Below the pieces are notes generated by a model. It searched no databases. It worked only from the letters and a program-made list of their open reading frames with translations, and had not been told where the DNA came from. A stretch of 22,028 nucleotides of DNA from Promethearchaeota archaeon (lineage in GTDB: Archaea > Asgardarchaeota > Lokiarchaeia > Sigyniarchaeales > SOKP01). A program made the translations under genes and the position numbers. The stretch spans positions 1 through 22,028 of the forward strand of contig JAEOTS010000115.1 in the NCBI GenBank assembly GCA_016839745.1, written 5' to 3'. Position 1 is the stretch's first letter. Every line of letters starts with the position of its first letter. This document shows positions 17,878 through 22,028 of the stretch, piece after piece.

Positions 17878-18603
17878 TCATTCTAAGAATTCCTCCCATT
17901 TCCTTTCAATAATTCGCTGTGAAATTAGATATTCTTTTACATCCGTTAATAAAATACGAGGGTCATATTCCCAAGCTTCCTTTCTATTGAAGGAAATGCA
18001 TTTTATTTCATGCAAATTAAACAATGACTTAACAAAAAGTCCATATGTAGCGACTTGGGGCAACGAAAGCAAAAAATTTCCTTCGGGTTTATAATCTATT
18101 ACCTTTACAAGACCGTTTTCAATTTGGATGAGATCGATATGACCTGTGATATAATTGTTATTAATTTTTTTCCATATTGGAATCTCAATTGCGACGGAAT
18201 TCTGATCTCTTATTAAAATATTTTTTAAAATTGGTTCATGGCCAGGTTTTTTTCTGATTTCACTAGTTTTATAAGCTTCGAAGACATTGTTTACAAATTT
18301 AGGTAACCTTGAACCGGAATTATGAAGTTTAATTTTTCCTTCCCGAATTAAGCTTTTACTAAAACTCGCCATAAAAGCAGGTTTTAAACCTCTAATTTTA
18401 AACTGTGAAACGCGTGGGAGACTTCTAAGATTGAACAAATCATTTGGAATAGTGCCTTGATATATTTTTTTAAAATACGTTCCAAGGTTTCTAAATTCCT
18501 CTTTATTTTGATCTGATTGAACTAATTTTGCTTTATGGTGAAGAATATTCCAATTAAACGCATATGGGATATTCTGATGTACATAAATTTTTTTCTTCAG
18601 CAT
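17878..18603 (-). CDS. PD-(D/E)XK nuclease, RecB/Cas4-like fold
   Basis: EIPIW...ITGHIDL...VKVIDYK...QVATYG match RecB-family motifs II, III and QxxxY; no Cas4 Fe-S cysteine set. Confidence 0.85.
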   Translation of the reverse strand: MLKKKIYVHQNIPYAFNWNILHHKAKLVQSDQNKEEFRNLGTYFKKIYQGTIPNDLFNLRSLPRVSQFKIRGLKPAFMASFSKSLIREGKIKLHNSGSRLPKFVNNVFEAYKTSEIRKKPGHEPILKNILIRDQNSVAIEIPIWKKINNNYITGHIDLIQIENGLVKVIDYKPEGNFLLSLPQVATYGLFVKSLFNLHEIKCISFNRKEAWEYDPRILLTDVKEYLISQRIIERKWEEFLE

Positions 18604-18775
18604 AAAATCAAATGTTTAGAGGAATGATTTAAAAAAAATAATTAATCAATTATAATGATTCAAATAAAAAAAAGAAATCATATTAATGATTTATTAATTT
18701 TTAAACTTTTATTAGACTTTACGGTTTCCTTAGAGATCATAAAGAAACCAACTAAACATTTTAGATAAGTTAAAG

Positions 18776-18910
18776 CGGACCTGGCAGGATGTTCGTTTGA
18801 ATTATTAATTAACTCAAAATTTCGAACCTGCGACTTTCGGATTAGAAGTCCGACGCCCTATTTACACCGCTTATACGGGAGTAAAAACAACCATGCTAGG
18901 CTACAGGTCC
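18776..18910 (-). tRNA. tRNA-Arg(TCT) with two non-canonical introns (18862-18890 in the D-loop; 18790-18820 in the T-loop)
   Basis: The spliced sequence GGACCTG TA GCCT AGCATGG^ATA GGGC G TCGGA CTTCTAA TCCGA AAGTC GCAGG TTCGAA^T CCTGC CAGGTCC G folds as a 75-nt cloverleaf; both junctions form BHB motifs; CCA is not encoded. Confidence 0.92.
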
Positions 18911-19048
18911 TTTGTTCCAAAATAACTTATTTAAATCTTGATTATGACTTTTATTAATTAACAATAAATTAAAATTTTACCATTATTTTAAAGCAGAATT
19001 TATATAATGGAACCATTTGAATTCAGCATTTAATCAAAGCAATAAGTT

Positions 19049-20197
19049 TCACTGGACAATTTTGATATTAGCATCCACCACGATCAAATCTGATTTAGGA
19101 GAAAATGGTTTTACGATTTTAGAGTTAAGAATTTTTTCGATATGCCATCCCTCATTGTTTACCTTGGTTTTTAAATTTTCAATTCCCTTTTCGATTGAAT
19201 TTGGTTTTTCACAGAATTGATAGAAATGCAGTACCCCACCAGTTTTTTTCAGAAGGAAACATGCTATATCTATATATTTAGTAGATTGTTCCGGTAAATT
19301 CATTATTATTCTATCTACATTATTTTTCAGGGAGTTTCCTAATTCATTTGATGAATTTACCAGCTCAGCAACATCTAATTTATAAGCAAAAACTTTTCCC
19401 TTCAGTTTATTTAATTTAACATTTTCGACGAGATATTTATAAGCCGTTGGATTAACATCAAAAGAATAAACTTCTACTTCGTTGCTTTTTGCGATTTGAA
19501 TAGAGATTGGACCAACACCAGCAAACATATCTACGATTACTTCTTTTTTTTCAAATTTTAGTAAACTTAACCGTTTTCGCTCAAACACTAATCTTGGAGT
19601 GAAATAAGTATTCTTTATATCTAATTTAAACATGGAATTATTTTCTTTATGAATAGTTTCTGGGTTGTCTTCGCCAAAAATAAGCTGTAAGTCTTTTAAT
19701 CTATATTTTCCCTTTACTTCGCTTTTTTTCTCGTAAACGGTTTCCACTCCTCTATTCACTTTTACTATCGCATTTGCTACTTTTTTCTTATATGATGAGA
19801 TTTTGTCTGCACTTAATGAGTTAAATCTATCAAACTCGATAATCGCAATTTTTCCAATAACATCATAAGATTTTGGTATTAATTCTATAATATTTTCTGA
19901 TAATTCGCCTGTTAAAGCTTCTTCAACAGAACCAAATTTATAATTTGGATCAATTTCTCCCTTGGCGTTAATAATTTCAAAGTTTAAATCTTTAACATTG
20001 TTCTCAATAAATTTATTTACAGTTTCTCTGTTTTTTATTAAAGGAAACAGCACATATGGCCCGCTATGTATAACTTTTTTTCTTTTATCAATAAATTTTT
20101 CATCTGAAAATTTTTTTTTAATTAATTTTAAAAATTTTTCAGCGTAATCCTTTTCTATTTTTAAAAATTGAGTGTCTTCCTTTCCAGTCTTATTCAT
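19049..20197 (-). CDS. trm5: Trm5/Taw2-family tRNA (guanine37-N1) methyltransferase
   Basis: PKSYDVIG.IAI, ETIHKEN, YF.PRL..ER, VDMFAGVGP, D.NP.A, DRIIMNLP motifs. Confidence 0.88.
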   Translation of the reverse strand: MNKTGKEDTQFLKIEKDYAEKFLKLIKKKFSDEKFIDKRKKVIHSGPYVLFPLIKNRETVNKFIENNVKDLNFEIINAKGEIDPNYKFGSVEEALTGELSENIIELIPKSYDVIGKIAIIEFDRFNSLSADKISSYKKKVANAIVKVNRGVETVYEKKSEVKGKYRLKDLQLIFGEDNPETIHKENNSMFKLDIKNTYFTPRLVFERKRLSLLKFEKKEVIVDMFAGVGPISIQIAKSNEVEVYSFDVNPTAYKYLVENVKLNKLKGKVFAYKLDVAELVNSSNELGNSLKNNVDRIIMNLPEQSTKYIDIACFLLKKTGGVLHFYQFCEKPNSIEKGIENLKTKVNNEGWHIEKILNSKIVKPFSPKSDLIVVDANIKIVQ

Positions 20198-20621
20198 CTA
20201 CATCATTATCTTTGAAAATTATAGAGATATGGTTCTTGGAATTAGTTAATTTTTTAATAAGATTGCGGTTCAAATCCATTGAAGATTTTGTACATTTTAT
20301 AAGGATAGTTCTATCGCATACATAGCCACTTTTTCGAAAAACTAAATCTTTTGTATTTAGTAATGTTAATTTTTTACTACCATAGCCATAAAAACGATCA
20401 ACAACATTACTCACTTTTATTACTACATTAATTTTTTCTCCAGCCATTATTTTTCTCTTCAATTCCGGAGTTAAATCATAGCATGCTTTTGTGGCTTTTA
20501 TACCCAAGATACAAGTTCCTTTTTTGGTGAGGTAATTATCTTTAGTTAATTCAATCGTAGTACTATGAGTACATTGGATAAGTGAATGGCCAGTTGCATT
20601 GATTGAGTCTAAAATTGTCAT
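20190..20621 (-). CDS. DUF371 domain protein
   Basis: A.GH..I..TH.TT.E.TKD.YLT..G.CI.GI.A and LVFRKS.Y..DRTI motifs. Confidence 0.85.
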   Translation of the reverse strand: MTILDSINATGHSLIQCTHSTTIELTKDNYLTKKGTCILGIKATKACYDLTPELKRKIMAGEKINVVIKVSNVVDRFYGYGSKKLTLLNTKDLVFRKSGYVCDRTILIKCTKSSMDLNRNLIKKLTNSKNHISIIFKDNDVDE

Positions 20622-20624
20622 TTC

Positions 20625-22028
20625 TTATCCTTCTCTAAAAAAGCGTATAATTTCAGATACATTTCTAAATTCAGAAAAATTTGTTCCATATGTTTTATTT
20701 AGAATATCAAGTAGACCATAGATTGGATGAGTTTTTGGAAATTCTATTGATTCGTTAAATTGGTTAAGAAATACATCTGGAATTAGAATTGCGCATTTAT
20801 TATAGTTACTAGAAAATCGTTCTAAAAACTTTTCTGAGTATGTTATAGAATTTTGATAGAAAATATTATTTATAGAAGACGTAGCGCTCGTTTCGTATTG
20901 TCCCATAGGAAATGAATCGATGAGCTCGTATGGAATTATTCCATATATAATGGAGTAAAAGGTTAAATGGATATCCTTTCTTTGAATTAATTTATTCTTG
21001 TTAATTTCTTTTAGCCATTTATTAACAGAAGGAGATGTCATACCTTTTACATCTAATTCTGGAAAAATAACGAGATATTTAACGTTTTTAGGGGTTCGGT
21101 AATTTTCAATAATCCTTTTTTCATATCGATAAATTAAAGGTCTATTTACGCTCTCTTTGGAAGCATAAAGTCTCCCGTGGTTCTTATATGTCTTCTCATA
21201 AATCTCAAAAAAAGGTTTATTCAATTTAATTAAGTTCAATGCTTTCACTAAATTTGGGTGATTGCGCACTCTCTGTTCAACTAACTCCCATAAATTACCT
21301 TCCCTTATCGCCTGTCTTATTGTTCTTAATTCGGAGAACGATAAATATATATTATGTTTCGCAATTAGTTCAATCCTCAAATTATCCTCGAATTTTATAA
21401 TTTCTTTAGGAGAAAAATCAGAGCATATAGGGCAGTGACAAGGGAATTCTTCTAATTCTTCAAGCTTTTTAGTGCCAGTCGACAGGGTAAAATAGCGATT
21501 TTGTTTGGCAAATAATACATACGCCGCCGAATCCATTAAATCACAACCACACGCGACAGCTAAAGAAAAGTATTGCGGTAATCCTAAACCAAACATATGA
21601 ATAGGTTTGTTGGGAATAATGTATCTTTTCGTAGTTAATAACATTTGAGTTGTTAAATCGAACCTATAATCCAAAAACGCTTTTACTATTCCACCAATAG
21701 CATAGACTTCAAAATCCAATTTATTCATTTCGAGTGCGCTTTTTTTTAGTAAGTCTAGATGCTTTCCTCCGTGTATAGGACCAAACCAAGAGCATTCTGA
21801 ACGAGTTCTCCTCGAAATATTATCTTTTGCTCTCTGAATTGTAGTTAAAACTTTATTTTTTGCGATTTCGTAGCTATCCTCTAATTGTACAGGGATATCT
21901 AAAATAACAGGAAAGTCTGATCCAATATACTCTTGAAATTTTTCAATACTATCAGCATCAATATCCACAGAATCGTCGTTATACATATATTGTTGAAACG
22001 CACCACTATCGGTCGCGATTATCCCATC
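20625..22028 (-). CDS. tgtA: Archaeosine tRNA-guanine(15) transglycosylase (5' part beyond the window edge)
   Basis: The frame stays open to the edge (DGIIATDSGAFQQY, with the catalytic DSG motif); LDIP, H.FGLG, GCDLMDSAAY, Zn site CHCPIC...HN, G.LWELVE.R.R.HP. Confidence 0.92.
   Translation of the reverse strand, partial: DGIIATDSGAFQQYMYNDDSVDIDADSIEKFQEYIGSDFPVILDIPVQLEDSYEIAKNKVLTTIQRAKDNISRRTRSECSWFGPIHGGKHLDLLKKSALEMNKLDFEVYAIGGIVKAFLDYRFDLTTQMLLTTKRYIIPNKPIHMFGLGLPQYFSLAVACGCDLMDSAAYVLFAKQNRYFTLSTGTKKLEELEEFPCHCPICSDFSPKEIIKFEDNLRIELIAKHNIYLSFSELRTIRQAIREGNLWELVEQRVRNHPNLVKALNLIKLNKPFFEIYEKTYKNHGRLYASKESVNRPLIYRYEKRIIENYRTPKNVKYLVIFPELDVKGMTSPSVNKWLKEINKNKLIQRKDIHLTFYSIIYGIIPYELIDSFPMGQYETSATSSINNIFYQNSITYSEKFLERFSSNYNKCAILIPDVFLNQFNESIEFPKTHPIYGLLDILNKTYGTNFSEFRNVSEIIRFFREG

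Noticed and set aside
17878-18910. Integrated element or CRISPR-Cas locus at the tRNA
   Set aside because: No integrase, no duplicated tRNA 3' end seen, no repeat-spacer array, and the nuclease lacks Cas4 cysteines.
14037-20147. ORFs 14037-14270(-), 16947-17273(-), 19017-19220(+), 19962-20147(+)
   Set aside because: Antisense shadows of long genes.

Overview
AT-rich archaeal housekeeping window, most consistent with an Asgard (Lokiarchaeia-like) genome. This is inferred from the Roadblock/LC7 protein, EMC6-like protein, BHB-type tRNA introns and archaeal TgtA/Rpp30/Pop5. Genes in order: partial ThDP enzyme, DUF39+ferredoxin protein, RNase P Rpp30-Pop5, several hypothetical/membrane proteins, GDPD, NFACT/RqcH, EMC6-like protein, PyrI, CTP-dependent polyprenol/DAG kinase, stand-alone TrpB2, Roadblock protein, two large unassigned proteins, PD-(D/E)XK nuclease, tRNA-Arg(TCT), and a tgtA-DUF371-trm5 cluster. 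The most striking unannotated element lies upstream of trpB2: a 16-codon Trp-rich leader ORF (MVTKINLSCWQWPWRS) with mutually exclusive hairpins, a start-sequestering long-range helix and a U-tract, which together suggest ribosome-mediated tryptophan attenuation in an archaeon. Also notable are a tRNA with two non-canonical BHB introns (D-loop and T-loop) and an apparent ATA start codon for Pop5. All calls are by eye; no searches were run.
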